From Eledone cirrhosa (lineage: Eukaryota), in the NCBI GenBank assembly GCA_964016885.1, contig OZ024740.1, positions 54,994,001-55,058,000 of the forward strand: a stretch of 64,000 nucleotides of DNA, read 5' to 3'. How positions within the stretch are numbered: the first letter of the stretch is position 1; the number at the start of each line of letters is the position of its first letter. Of the stretch, positions 12,649 through 26,532 are shown piece by piece. Under the pieces are notes generated by a model. That model worked only from the letters and a program-made list of their open reading frames with translations. It made no database searches and was not told the origin of the DNA. The position numbers and the translations under genes were made by a program.

Positions 12649-14156
12649 GTGATATAAGTATGTGCTAGTCAATGTGTGCTAGTTGAAGATATAACATTTC
12701 GAACATTTAATTTTAGATTGACTAGGCACACTTTTAATTTTGCTTTTGTTTACTCCTTTTATCTTAGAACCAAACTCTCCTCTTCTCCGTCTCTTTTTCG
12801 GTTCATATGTACAATTTAAACACATAACCTCTTTGCTTTACAAACACACTTCTTTCTATATGTAAGATATCGTCCTAACGAACACTGCCAATATGAGTGT
12901 CGCCTCGAAGTAAAGCACCATGATTGATATTAAATATCATTCTCAGAATAGTTATTATTACATGACACATTCTGGTAGAGATTTGACTAATTAGACCTCA
13001 CTATTCAGCAATATTGTTTTGGAAAAATGCTTACCCCTTGTTAAATGCATTCTTTATAGTCGATAGGACTGACAACACGTCACTGTTGTCAAAATAGATT
13101 GCTATACAACGAAAGACATAGGCGATGATGTAGAGTCCGATAGATTGACACGTTATTAGTCAAATATTAAGTTAGGTGGAGAATGTGGAATGAAAAAAAG
13201 TAGGACAGAGGATAGATGGAGGGAGATAATGAAAGAGCTGTAAAAATGAGACGGAGTCAAAGACAAATGGAAAGAGATGGAGGATATCACTATAATGGAA
13301 TTAATATATTTGTAGCTGATATAGTTCAGATAAAACAATTCAAGAAAGTTTTTCGGTTGAGAATAATACCACACTTTGACAAAAATGACACCACACCGGA
13401 GATCAAAAGGCAAAACGTAACATTATTGTACATATTACTATATCATATTCCATACATATCCCGGCTGCAAGAGGAACATTAAATAAAGAAGAATACTTAT
13501 CTGCTACTTTATTTTATAGAATCCTTTAACCCGAAAAGCAAATTTGAACTCAAATATACAGTAGCGACTGGAATATTTTCAATGTGCCAACAACATTCAA
13601 CCAGGTCACTAATTTTTAAATAACCTATTTTTACAGTTACCGATTTCAAAAATTGAATTACGACCCTATACAAGCTTTATTGCCGATAAGATTGAACCTA
13701 ATACAATACGTATTTATATGTGGGATTTAATTCATCTAGTATGGTATCATGGAGTTACTGTGTGTTTCTGGTCTCACAAAATATTAACGACCCATGCAAG
13801 GTTGATTATACCTTCTGCTAGCCGGGAAGACTCAGCGTCTGAGGCAAACGAAGTTGATCTCTGTGGAGTAAAAGAAAAAACGAAACAATAACTTAGAGCA
13901 ATTAAACCATAACTGGTATACATAATTTTATGACAAGTGGGAGTATCTAGTATGCTTTTTCTAGCAACTAAAATCTCGTGAATCTGAAAAAAATATGAAG
14001 TAAAGTAAGAGAAAGAAAAAGGAAGGAGAAATGCCCCCCCCCCTCCCACACACACACACAAATACAAGCCAGACCGCAAAAGACACACACAGACACACAG
14101 GCATAGACATATAAATTAGTCGAAAAAGCTTAGCACCGTAGTCAGCGCTTTACCTG

Positions 14157-14277
<121 letters not shown>

Positions 14278-14290
14278 ATTATGGTAACAG

Positions 14291-14377
14291 ACGTCAGATG
14301 AGCTTTTGATTCCGGAGTCGGGACCGATCGACACAGATCGAACCTTGAGCTAATCAATCGCGAAACGCTCGTCACAT
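14291..14377 (+). ncRNA. Decayed hammerhead ribozyme in a short microsatellite-flanked element (~14280-14418)
   Basis: acgt-CAGATGA-gc(tt)ttgatt...aatcaa(tc)gc-GAAA-cgctcg-T-C-acat. Confidence 0.55.
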
Positions 14378-14716
14378 TACAATAAATGTAATGTAAATTT
14401 GACACATCGTCCATATTATATATATATATGTATGTGTGTGTGTATTTGTGTGTGTGGTTATGTGTATGTGTCTGTATTTCTGTGTGTCTGTATGTGTGTG
14501 TCAGGATGTATATATATACATTCATATATATATATCTATTTATATATATATATAAATATATATATTTATATATATATTTATATATGAATAAATACAATAA
14601 CTAAATAAATATATATTTATATATATATTTATATATATATATATATGAATGTACATATATACATGCTGACACACACATACACACACACACACATACAGAC
14701 ACATACACATAACCAC

Positions 14717-15071
14717 ACCCCGGCGGCAGAGCTCAAGCCGTTTCGACGGCTATATATATATATACATGTATATATATATATATAAATATATATACATATA
14801 TATATACACATATATACATATATATATACACACGTATATACACACATATATACATCAATATATATATACACATATATATACATATATATATATATTAATA
14901 TTATGTACATATATATATATACATAATATTAATATATATACACATATATATACATAATATTAATAAATACATATATATGTATATATATGTGTATATATAT
15001 ATCTATGTATATATGTGTGTATATACGTGTGTATATATGTATATATGTATATATATATATGTATATATATG

Positions 15072-15102
<31 letters not shown>

Positions 15103-15226
15103 CAGTCGAAATAGCTTGAGCTCTGCCGCCGGGGTCATTCTTTTTCCTATTTCCCACTCTACTACTCAAAGTATTGAGTACTGTGGTGCGTTATGGCCCA
15201 TCTGGTTCCTTACCACGTTTCTTTTG

Positions 15227-15228
<2 letters not shown>
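14717..15228 (+). mobile_element. Family F1 copy whose fold-back includes an inverted-duplicated degenerate microsatellite spacer
   Basis: ccccggcggcagagctcaagc (14718) pairs with gcttgagctctgccgccgggg (~15114-15134). The halves of the spacer also mirror each other. Confidence 0.8.
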
Positions 15229-15264
<36 letters not shown>

Positions 15265-15336
15265 GTACATATATATCATATACATATATATATATATGCA
15301 TATGTATAAAATTACGTGCGTGTGTGTGCGTGCGCA

Positions 15337-15415
<79 letters not shown>

Positions 15416-15417
<2 letters not shown>

Positions 15418-15483
15418 AAGCTGATTTTCGCTCCACATGAATAAAATAAAGGTAATCTGAGTTTTTCGAATATTAATAATAAC
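15416..15483 (-). mobile_element. Isolated 3' tail fragment of family F4 in (TA)n
   Basis: Reverse complement ttattattaatattcgaaaaactcagatta matches 19746-19775. Confidence 0.75.
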
Positions 15484-15509
15484 ATATATATATATATATA
15501 TATGTATAT

Positions 15510-15633
<124 letters not shown>

Positions 15634-16017
15634 TATGCATATATGTGTGTGTGTGTGTGTGTATAAGTTGGTGTGTATAGCCGCACGCTATTCCAGCATT
15701 TTCTATGAAATATTTTCTCAAAACGAGATACATAGTTATCTCCCTTGGACTAGCGCTCCCAGTCACATGACATCAATCAGACTTTCGTGCGTCTAAACAT
15801 TAAATTAACGATATACTTTGCCTTCAAAGGGTACCCAGCTTTGCGATTTTCTACATATTTTTCATTTACTTAAAATCATATTTACTGGTGTTTAAACGAT
15901 AACAATTATTGATTATTATATAAAACAATTATATGTAATATACATATTCATAGACCCCCTAAAATTAATCACCCGCGCTATTACTGCGATTGCAAACAGG
16001 TACTTGTGCGTACGTTC

Positions 16018-16206
<189 letters not shown>

Positions 16207-16217
16207 GTATATATATC

Positions 16218-16351
<134 letters not shown>

Positions 16352-16548
16352 AAAATATAGATTTTTAAAAATAATATGTACACTTAGGTTTTTGTGTGTA
16401 GTAGTTGTCTTAACATATACACAGAGAACTGCATACGTGTGTGAGCGCAGGTGTTTACACACACTCATACACGCACACATACGCACAGACACACACACGC
16501 GCATACATACACACACACACACTCGCGTGCATATATATATATAGATAT

Positions 16549-16635
<87 letters not shown>

Positions 16636-16637
<2 letters not shown>

Positions 16638-16826
16638 AACAAGTAGGACCCCGACGGCTGAGCTCAAGCCGTTTCGACGGCTAATTCTGGACCCAGAATT
16701 AGCCGTCGATGCGGCTTGAGCTCAGCCGTCGGGGTCCTACTCGTTCTTATTACCCACTCTACTACCCTAAGTATTGTGTACTTTGGTGCGTTATGGTCCA
16801 CATGGTTCCTTACCACATTTCCTTCG

Positions 16827-16828
<2 letters not shown>
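16636..16828 (+). mobile_element. Family F1 fold-back copy
   Basis: Left arm starts ggaacaagtagga as at 9587. Arms meet at ctaattctggac/ccagaattag. Same tail. Confidence 0.9.
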
Positions 16829-16880
<52 letters not shown>

Positions 16881-16881
16881 A

Positions 16882-16953
<72 letters not shown>

Positions 16954-17064
16954 TATGTATAAATGTATATATTTATATATATATATATATATATATAAAT
17001 ATGTATAAACAGGGAGTGAAAAAGATTGATAAACAGACAATAGATAGATAGATTGATAGATATG

Positions 17065-18127
17065 TTTCTTTATTAGCCACAGGGGCACAAAAGAAGGAGA
17101 CAAATACAAAGGGGGAAGTTTACATACAATAAAAACGTGTAAAATATTATCAGAAATCCAATTCAAAAATTAATCGATTTCCCAATAGGGGGAGACATTA
17201 CATGTGGGTAACACATACCCCGAAAAAATGTGCAACCCTCATCTCCAGGAGTACTAAGAGTGAGTACCCCTTCCTCTCTTCCTCTTTTTCCACAATCTAC
17301 AGGCTGATATAGAGAGAAGGCCCATTCACTCGGGCCATTCTCGCTATTTTCACCCACCTTTCATGAAACCTGCTGGGGTACAGCACCTCTCTCTCCATCC
17401 TAATTCTTCTTCTAAAGTGGTACTTGAAAAAATGAATCAGTTGTTGACCGGAGAGAAAGGTGTCTGACCTCAGCCCTTTTAACCTCATCCACCATACAAC
17501 CTCTTTCGCTATAGCTATCACACAAGAGAAAACCGCCTCTCCTTCGTTTTTGAAGGAGGGTGGCGGTTTAATCATGACAATGGACTCGGTGGTCAACCGG
17601 ATTGGCCCTACTCGCGACAATAGTCGTTCTACATAGCCCCACAATTCGGTAATTCCCGGGCAGTGTACGAATGCGTGCGCGACGGTTTCTTCGTCTCGCA
17701 CGCATCTCGGACAGATCTTTTTCGAAGGGTCCCTGCCCGGGCGCCCATGTCTGTAGAGCTTGTCTCGAACTGGTAGAGCTCCTCGTTAGCACTGCCAGGC
17801 CAGGGACTTTTGGAAGTTGTACATCGGTCCCGAACAGACTGGCCAGTTCGTCTTCCTCTACGCCTAGAGTTTCTCCGAGCGCGTCGTCGCACTTGCTGCG
17901 GACCAACCCTCTATAGAATGACGAAATGGAGTCTCCACTGATCGCCGGGTCCGCCTGCCAGAGGGCTGTGAGCGCCTGCGCACATTCGATGTGCCAGTCG
18001 CCCATTTTCCTCGGTCTTTTCTTGACCCATGACTGCAGCTCGGTCAGCGAGACGAGTCGTGGGAAGGCTCGCCTCACGAACGGGGCCCACAGCGGTTGTC
18101 CGGTGAGGAATACGTGGAGGTGCTGCA
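17065..18127 (-). mobile_element. 5'-truncated L1/Tx1-like LINE (ORF2 C-terminus with CCHC zinc finger, plus 3' UTR)
   Basis: Translation WQC*RGALPVRDKLYRHG...ICPRCVRDEETVAHAFVHCP...LWGYV (zf-RVT-like C-x2-C-x8-H-x4-C), with a frameshift and a stop. AATAAA near the 3' end. (GATA)n on both sides. Confidence 0.9.
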
Positions 18128-18174
18128 GATAGATAGATAGATAGATAGATAGATTGATTGATAGATAGATAGAT

Positions 18175-18219
<45 letters not shown>

Positions 18220-18439
18220 CACAGAGAGATAGACAGACAGATAGACAGGCAGACAGATAAATGTTATAAAACGGTATATTTCCAAATGTCATTTCGTTGT
18301 CTCAGGTTTTTGCGTATGCGTGTTATATGTATGCATGTATGCGACTGTGTTTTTTTGTATGAGAGAGAGAAAGCGAGGGAATTATTATTTTTTCTTTTGT
18401 ATTTTAATTTTCTTTGTAAATGTGGGCGGGTTGAACTTG

Positions 18440-18824
18440 ATCTGTGGTGTCGTAATCTGCCTCTCTGCTAGGTCGGTGAATATTAATGCCAAGGTGTCAT
18501 GAGTGGGGCAGACTTTGACAAGACTCCAGATTCGATTTTTTTTCTCTCTTTTATGAAAGCAGATCGGGTGCGGGGAATGCATTTAAGCGGTCTGCATTGA
18601 GGCTGAAACTATGGAGACGACGGATAGAAAAAATATGAGGTGTTAAAAATGGGCCAAACTAAAATTTGACTTGATTGCACACGCGATTGTCAATTTTATT
18701 TTTATATTTTTTCATTGTTAATTATTTTTTTTATTGTGTATTTTAACTGAATTTTATTGTAAACCATACTGTCTCTGTCTTTGTATTGTCCCCTACATGT
18801 GGGCCCTTGTGGCCAATAAATGAA

Positions 18825-18872
<48 letters not shown>
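18440..18872 (+). mobile_element. Highly decayed 3' end of a related LINE with (ATT)n tail
   Basis: ctgtctctgtctttgtattgtccc...ccttgtggccaataaatgaaa(tta)n matches the 3' end at 5380-5470. The left boundary is uncertain. Confidence 0.7.
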
Positions 18873-18874
<2 letters not shown>

Positions 18875-19109
18875 AATCTGAGTCACATTGCAACCTACAA
18901 AAAAGTGTAATGGCATACGAAGAATAACAGCAACCGCAACAACAACTAAGACCACAACTGTCACAATAACTTCAAAAGAGGCACCAAAAATGAAGTTGAA
19001 AATGTATACAAAAATATATAAATTCATTCCATCTGCTTAATAACTTGAACTTCATACGAATGTGTGCCACTGTATATGCGTGTGTCAGGGCTATCTGTGT
19101 GAGTAAGCG

Positions 19110-19224
<115 letters not shown>

Positions 19225-19236
19225 CTGTGTGTCTGT

Positions 19237-19298
<62 letters not shown>

Positions 19299-19317
19299 GT
19301 GTGTGTGTGTGTATGTA

Positions 19318-19776
19318 ATATTAACAATAATATTCGATTCGCTTACAATTATGCAAACAGCCTCTTTAAGCTATATCAGTAGAATGACCCTGTCGTTCTT
19401 TCTCTTGTGTTGGCATGTAAACAGAATGGCAGAGACTAATGTTTCTGGGGGATTACCCTTCATCAGTACCGTATACTGCTTACCTGAAATCTATAAGAGC
19501 TAGTAAAAATATATGATGTTTTCTGAAATATACAGTGACTGATCGGCCTAATTTGCATATCATATATTTTCACTAGCTCTGACAGTTGGCAAGTAAGCAG
19601 TATACGGTACTGATGAAGCGTAATTACCAAGAAACATTAGTGTCTGCCGTTCTGTTTATATGCCAACACAAGATCAAGAATGACGGGGTAATTCTACTGA
19701 CATGGCTTAAAGAGGTTGTTTGAATCATTGCAAACGAATCGAATCTTATTATTAATATTCGAAAAACTCAGATTAT
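19318..19776 (+). mobile_element. Fold-back HHR element family F4 (~200-bp imperfect arms 19318-19518 / 19559-19758, plus tail)
   Basis: Arms are diverged reverse complements of each other and both contain the HHR. Confidence 0.9.
19604..19650 (+). ncRNA. Type I hammerhead ribozyme (mirror copy 19426-19472 on -)
   Basis: acggta-CTGATGA-agcgtaattaccaa-GAAA-cattagtg-T-C-tgccgt. 6-bp stem I, near-palindromic loop 3, decayed stem II. Confidence 0.7.
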
Positions 19777-19907
19777 GGATAGATATATAGAAAGATAGAT
19801 ATATGAATATATATTAAAATTATATCTGTATAAATACAGAATATATAAATATATACACATATGCCAGAAAGTATTAATTTACCTGTAAATAGAAAACAAT
19901 GAAAAAC

Positions 19908-19953
19908 AACCTTAATCGATTTTCCGAAATAATTGGACTCTCATCAGAGGGCT
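19908..19953 (-). ncRNA. Decayed HHR-like motif
   Basis: Reverse complement reads gccct-CTGATGA-gagtccaattatttcg-GAAA-atcgat-T-A-aggtt. Palindromic loop 3; stem II is poor. Confidence 0.45.
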
Positions 19954-20218
19954 AATATGTCCTCCAACCAACCACAAGGAAACCCGGATTTGATGGGCAT
20001 ATATACTCATTCTCTCTTTGCATTATTCTGAAATGGGCTTATTAATTTGCATATAGTTAGCGTTTGTGTTGGCATTTAATTCAAGCGAAATGTATTACAA
20101 ACTTTAATCTGTATAAATACAGTCTGTAACTCAGACTGCATCAACGTTGGTATTCATACAGATATAACTTTATCATACACTTCGGCACCTAGTAGACTTA
20201 ATATGTATATATATATAC

Positions 20219-20276
<58 letters not shown>

Positions 20277-20739
20277 AAGATGGCCGAGTGAATGCGCACG
20301 TGTTTTTTTCTATTTTTCCTAATTTTTCCTCGTCCTTCTTCTCATCACTTTTTACTATCTATCTATCTTCTATTTCTGATAAAACGTTAAGATTATCTTC
20401 CAGCTACTCCAAGAGTTAAACTAATATCTTTCTTCCATCTACTATGCCGTTCGTTTTGTTATTTTTGGGTATTTTCGTTTACCCTTTACACACACACGCG
20501 CGCGCGCGCGCGCGGAATATTCAAATAAATGAATAACAATGGTGGAATCAGCAATTCTCCCATCACCTCCACCATCCTAAAAGTTGTATTTTAGCATCTG
20601 TTTCAACCAACATGAAGCACTACAAGAAATTTTGAACGGTCATTCATGCACGTGAAGAAATATCTATATGTATGTACATGCGAATGTATTTATGTATGTG
20701 TGTAGGTATGTATGCATATATACCATACTGTATTATATT

Positions 20740-20929
20740 ACGGTGGATTGGCAGTATTGGTGGAGGGTCGGACGCCATGCTTTGCAGCAAAGAGTTACGT
20801 CCCTTCATGGTCTGACTTCAAATCCCGCCGAGGTTAACTTTGCCTTTCATCCTTACGGGGTCGATAAAATAAAGCACCAGTAATACACTGGGTAATTGCT
20901 GGCCTTGTGTCAAATGTAGAAACAATTAT
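20740..20929 (+). mobile_element. tRNA-SINE family A
   Basis: cggtggattggcagtattgg (A-box-like), gacttcaaatccc (B-box-like), and the shared body and tail. Confidence 0.9.
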
Positions 20930-20931
20930 AG

Positions 20932-20966
<35 letters not shown>

Positions 20967-21301
20967 CTGTGTGTGTATTTCCCTAGAAAAGGTAAAAGAA
21001 GAGTACTCTATGTATTGTAGAGAGCTATTTAATTATATAATAAAAAACAAATATAATTGTACCTATACTAAAGGTTTCAAGAAACTAGACGATCCTTACA
21101 GTAAAGTTCGGCCCGTCCATCAGATTTCCTCTTATGGACGGGTCGGACTGTATATATATACATATATTGTGAGGAACTGGAATCATATGATTCCAGTTCC
21201 TTAATGAAATAACAACCCAACCAGGAACTGGGCATATCAGAGTATTGACAATATTATACACCTCAACAACATATGTACTTGTCTATACCACACTAATTCG
21301 G

Positions 21302-21356
21302 ACTGCCTGAAGAGGTCACAGCCAAAGATGGCTGTCACTGAAATATATATTGCAGT
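21302..21356 (+). ncRNA. Minimal type I hammerhead ribozyme with intact core
   Basis: actgc-CTGAAGA-ggtcacagcca(aaga)tggctgtcact-GAAA-tatata-T-T-gcagt. 5-bp stem I, 11-bp stem II with one mismatch, palindromic loop 3. Predicted cleavage after 21351. Confidence 0.85.
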
Positions 21357-21514
21357 AATAAACGAAGCTAAATTGTAAACATTTGACTTTTTATTTAACT
21401 TTATTTTACATTACTCCGGAGTAACCAAACCAACCTGCGCACTTCGTCGAGTGCTCTAGCCTGCATACTGAGGTGTTGGTATAAAACAAACATATACTCA
21501 AAATCTCTCTCTCT

Positions 21515-21574
<60 letters not shown>

Positions 21575-21576
21575 TA

Positions 21577-21613
<37 letters not shown>

Positions 21614-21701
21614 ACTATATGTGCATATAATATATACATATATACTATACATACATACGTACATATGTGAGTACTCTGCAAATACACATGTGCACACACC
21701 G

Positions 21702-21739
<38 letters not shown>

Positions 21740-21741
21740 TG

Positions 21742-21827
<86 letters not shown>

Positions 21828-21829
21828 TG

Positions 21830-21860
<31 letters not shown>

Positions 21861-21879
21861 TCTCTATATATATATACTA

Positions 21880-21988
<109 letters not shown>

Positions 21989-22633
21989 GGTGTGTGCGCG
22001 GGTTTATTTGTAAAGTATGTATGTATGCGTATATATATGCCTGCAGTTATGTAGATTATTCTGTACGTATTTATCTGTTTGTGTATATATATTGCATCGT
22101 TTGCTGCAGTTGCTATTGGTAATAACTGTAACGTTAAATTTAAACAAAGAACACTTCGCGCAGCATCTTAATTAATAAATTATTTAATTAAAAGGTTTTG
22201 ATTACACTAATTAAACTGTCCTTTTCTCGCTCTCACCTTTTCTCACCTCTCCAAATATTCACCTCCACACCCAAATTGAATGAAGTTAACATGCCGAATA
22301 TAATTATTCGTTGGCTACACAAGCTGGTAACCTATCCAACCAGTCATCTGAATATCATTACCATACAATGACCAGTTATGAATTAGGTCGCCTTATACCA
22401 ATATATAATTTTAAATCAGTTGCTAATCTAACTAACTGATTGTCTTCGTATTTGAAATTAATCAAACAACTCCATTGATAAACTTACAGCTGACATAATA
22501 CTGCCTTGTCTCGTCTTATTTCACCACCATCAGTTTATTACTGTATGCAAAAGTAAACATTGTGAACTTGAGAAGAAAAAACCACACATATACACACAAA
22601 CACACACACAAACAAACATACACACAAATACGT

Positions 22634-22769
<136 letters not shown>

Positions 22770-22783
22770 GTATATAAATAAAC

Positions 22784-22821
<38 letters not shown>

Positions 22822-22952
22822 AGAAAGAGAGAGTGAGAGAGAAAGAGAGAGAAGGAGAGGGAGAGTGAGAGAGAGAGTCTGCGGTGCTGAGACCGACGAG
22901 AACACTAATCATGGCTGTACTCAATGAATAGTGACGCGATCTGGATTTTACA

Positions 22953-23116
<164 letters not shown>

Positions 23117-23959
23117 ACAAATTTAAATAATTTTGAAAACCATACAATGCACTAGAAAACAATGACATTGCTAAGATAACAAAATAATCTTACCTTAGCA
23201 AATTTGATATCCCAAATATTTTCAGGTTTAAAAACCAATTATCAAAGGAGTATCCATATGAGGGATTTAAAAGATTGATCGGAGATCATTTGTTTGTTTG
23301 GAAAACAGATTTAAGTTAAATGAAAAACAATGAAAATAAAAAAGATTTCTTTTTTCATTTACCATTGCAATGTTTTCAAAATTATTTAAATTTTTGTTTC
23401 CTATTCAACAAGGCTTGAAGCAAACTGTTACTATATTTACATGAACGGGGTCGTATTTTTATTTCAGATTTCATGCATTGCTAAAGAGTAACAGTATAAC
23501 TATAGAGAATTAACTTTTACTGGAAAATGAACATGTTCAGCAGTATTACGTTGCATTTTGGCTTTAGTTTTCGTTGTTGCTATTCCTGTTGTTGATTATT
23601 CCCTGACCAGATGTGATTGGGCATGGGTAGTATGTAAGGCGTTTCCATTATGACCATCTCCTCTTTTATCTTTTCTGACATCATCTATGGAAATAATTTT
23701 CAGCAAGCAACGTATTTGTTTTAAAGAAAACTAACGTTTGATTTAAGAGGGATATGATTACCTTTTTAGCAGGGCAAACGACTAAGTAGAGTCTCACCTG
23801 ATTCCTTAATATTTTATTTACATAACTTGCTTTACTATAGTGATGGGTGTTAACTATTCTTATAACACTACACTAGACATGCTTTATATTGAGGGGTGGA
23901 TAATATTTTATATGTGATGTGATGCGGCATGGATAAGATAATGTTAGAAACCAATGTTT

Positions 23960-24828
23960 TATGGCATCAACGAATCTCTATAGCATATTTTTCTTTCAAC
24001 AGAAGGAAGAGCGAAACCAGCTGAGCTCATGTATTTTATCCAACCATCTTTCTCGGGGTCTAACTTTGGATTTCCTGCCGGTTGGCTTTGCCCGTAAAAT
24101 CTGTCCAGCAATTCTTTCCTGAGACATTCTAACCACACAACCATATTATCGGAGCTAGGATATCTCAATTCGGAGTAGTAGTGGCTCTTCCTGGAATGAC
24201 ACTCTGATCTCCAAGCTATGCATTCTATTGTGTAACTTTACTCCTAATATCCTTCGGAAGAACCCAATTTCAGCCGCTTGTATTCGCAATTGTAAACTTT
24301 CATTCATTACCCAAGATTGATGACCATAGGGTTGACACCAATAGCGAATTGATGATAGCGAGTATGGCTTTCCTACCTACCTCCCTTCTTCGGTTTACCG
24401 AATGCTGAAGCTGGCGCATTACTGCACCCAGCTCCAGCAATTCTTGCACTTAATTCAGCCTCCTGCTTTCCATCACTCGTGGACACGGTCCCGATACTCT
24501 TGAACTTCTCCATTCAATGTGCGATTCGCGCTCCGATAAGGGTGCATACTGTCATCTCGCTTGTTCATTATTTTCATAAACAGGATTAATATGCACAGCC
24601 GGGTTGGAAGTGGTATAACAATTGGCGAGTATAAAATCAGTCGGCTGGAATTTGTAGACGACATGGTGTTACTTAATTTGACTTGCACTTGTTAGGTTTG
24701 AAGCCGAGTGCTGCATGGCTGGAATGAAAATCAGTGCTGTGAAAACGGAGACACTCGTCCTCTCAAGGAAGCCTGCATATTGCACTCTACATGTGAATGG
24801 AATTCCACTGAAGCAGGTGGGGAAATAA
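23960..24828 (-). mobile_element. RTE-clade (Expander/Rex3-like) LINE fragment with inverted 5' segment
   Basis: + strand 24506-24828 reads SPFNVRFALR*GCILSSRLFIIFINRI...RLEFVDDMVLL...GMKISAVKTETLVLSRKPAYCTLHVNGIPLKQVGK. - strand from ~24510 reads EKFKSIGTVSTSDGKQEAELSARI...YGHQSWVMNESLQLRIQAAEIGFFRRILG...PTGRKSKVRPRERWLDKI. Confidence 0.9.
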
Positions 24829-24879
24829 AACTCAATTATCAAACCACCATCAGTAACAACTTAAGCCAAGAGGGGGCTT

Positions 24880-25060
24880 CATATTAGTGAGGATCAGTCT
24901 GCAAGAAATGACAGGAAAATATTTCTCTAATAACACACATTATATAATGTTGTCCTATGCTCCGCACAGACAGTACAAAAGACAGGAGGGTGCTCATGAT
25001 TGAAGTGCTTTAGATCATAAGTCTGCCGGAGCTTACCTGAGGATAAAACAACAACCACAG
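24880..25060 (+). mobile_element. Old dispersed repeat ending in (AAC)n (other decayed copies ~23570-23800 (-), ~41270-41405 (+), ~44630-44830 (-), ~62060-62260 (-))
   Basis: Shared block cata(a/g)gtctgc...gcttacctg...taaa(a)c at 25017 and 41361. Confidence 0.5.
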
Positions 25061-25193
25061 CAGCAATACAACAACATATTTAAAAGCAAAGACTTCTATG
25101 TTTTGTTTAACTTTTTCAGAAACATAAGTTTATCTTTTTTAAAAAAATGTACATAAGCCGATATTTTCTATTCCTCCCTTTACATACATAAAT

Positions 25194-25278
<85 letters not shown>

Positions 25279-26122
25279 TGTATATACGTATATACACTGT
25301 GAGTGTGGGCGTAAGTGTGTGTCCGACCACACATCAAATTAGTTTTTTTCTTTCTATATTTTCCATTTTCTTTCTCATTCTGTCTCTCCTTCCGTCATTC
25401 ATTCTCTCTTTCTCACTCGTGTTTCTCTTATTGTGTCTGTGTTTTTCTTTTCTACCATTCATACATTTTTGCTCTCCCAAACTCTTATTCGATCTCTTTT
25501 CCTTTTTGGAAGGGTTACGTTATTTACTCTTTATTTATATATTTATTTTCTTCTCTTTATTCAACTTCCATCATTCTTCACTTCAATTCCCATTTTTAGC
25601 TAAAGCACGTTTTATGAAGTCGACTGGAAGCAAAACTAATTTTTTCTTGTTTTTTTTTGTCATTATTATTCTATTTTTGTTCCTTTTCAAACCCAAATCC
25701 ACCCTCCTTCTCTCGACTTCCCCAAAGTTACAATCGGTAACCCTATATGTATACATGAAAAGGAAGTTGTAATAAAGGCAGCACATGATAAGGAGGACAT
25801 AAACAGATTAGAAAAACGAAGCCGTTTAAGAGAGTCTCTCTGATTCAAAATCGTAACAGACCACCCGAATAGTTTAAGGTAAGGGATGGCCGTAAATATT
25901 GGGTGAATAATTGCCACCGATCAAGAGTGAAGCTTATACAACACAAAGGCTGAACAACGTGAGCAAAGAACGTGTAAGGGTCAAAACCACCTACCTACTC
26001 AATCCATTGTTGTCAATGTAATACAACACTTTGCATTAACCATGAGCTGGCCTTTATTTTGAAATGTGTGTCTAAGTGTGTACCTTTGTGTTATTGTAGT
26101 TACCTATTTATAAACACACACA

Positions 26123-26287
<165 letters not shown>

Positions 26288-26298
26288 CCATTACCAGT

Positions 26299-26339
26299 CC
26301 GAGCTGAAGATCCACATAAGGTGAAAAAATTGTTCTCGG
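26299..26339 (+). ncRNA. Minimal HHR, family F5 (element 26286-26370 in (TA)n)
   Basis: ccgag-CTGAAGA-t-cc(acataa)gg-t-GAAA-aaattg-T-T-ctcgg. Homologous to 47943-47980. Confidence 0.75.
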
Positions 26340-26402
26340 TATGGTGAACTAACTGTTGTGTTACTACTTCTATATATATATATACTTATATATGTATATA
26401 TG

Positions 26403-26532
<130 letters not shown>

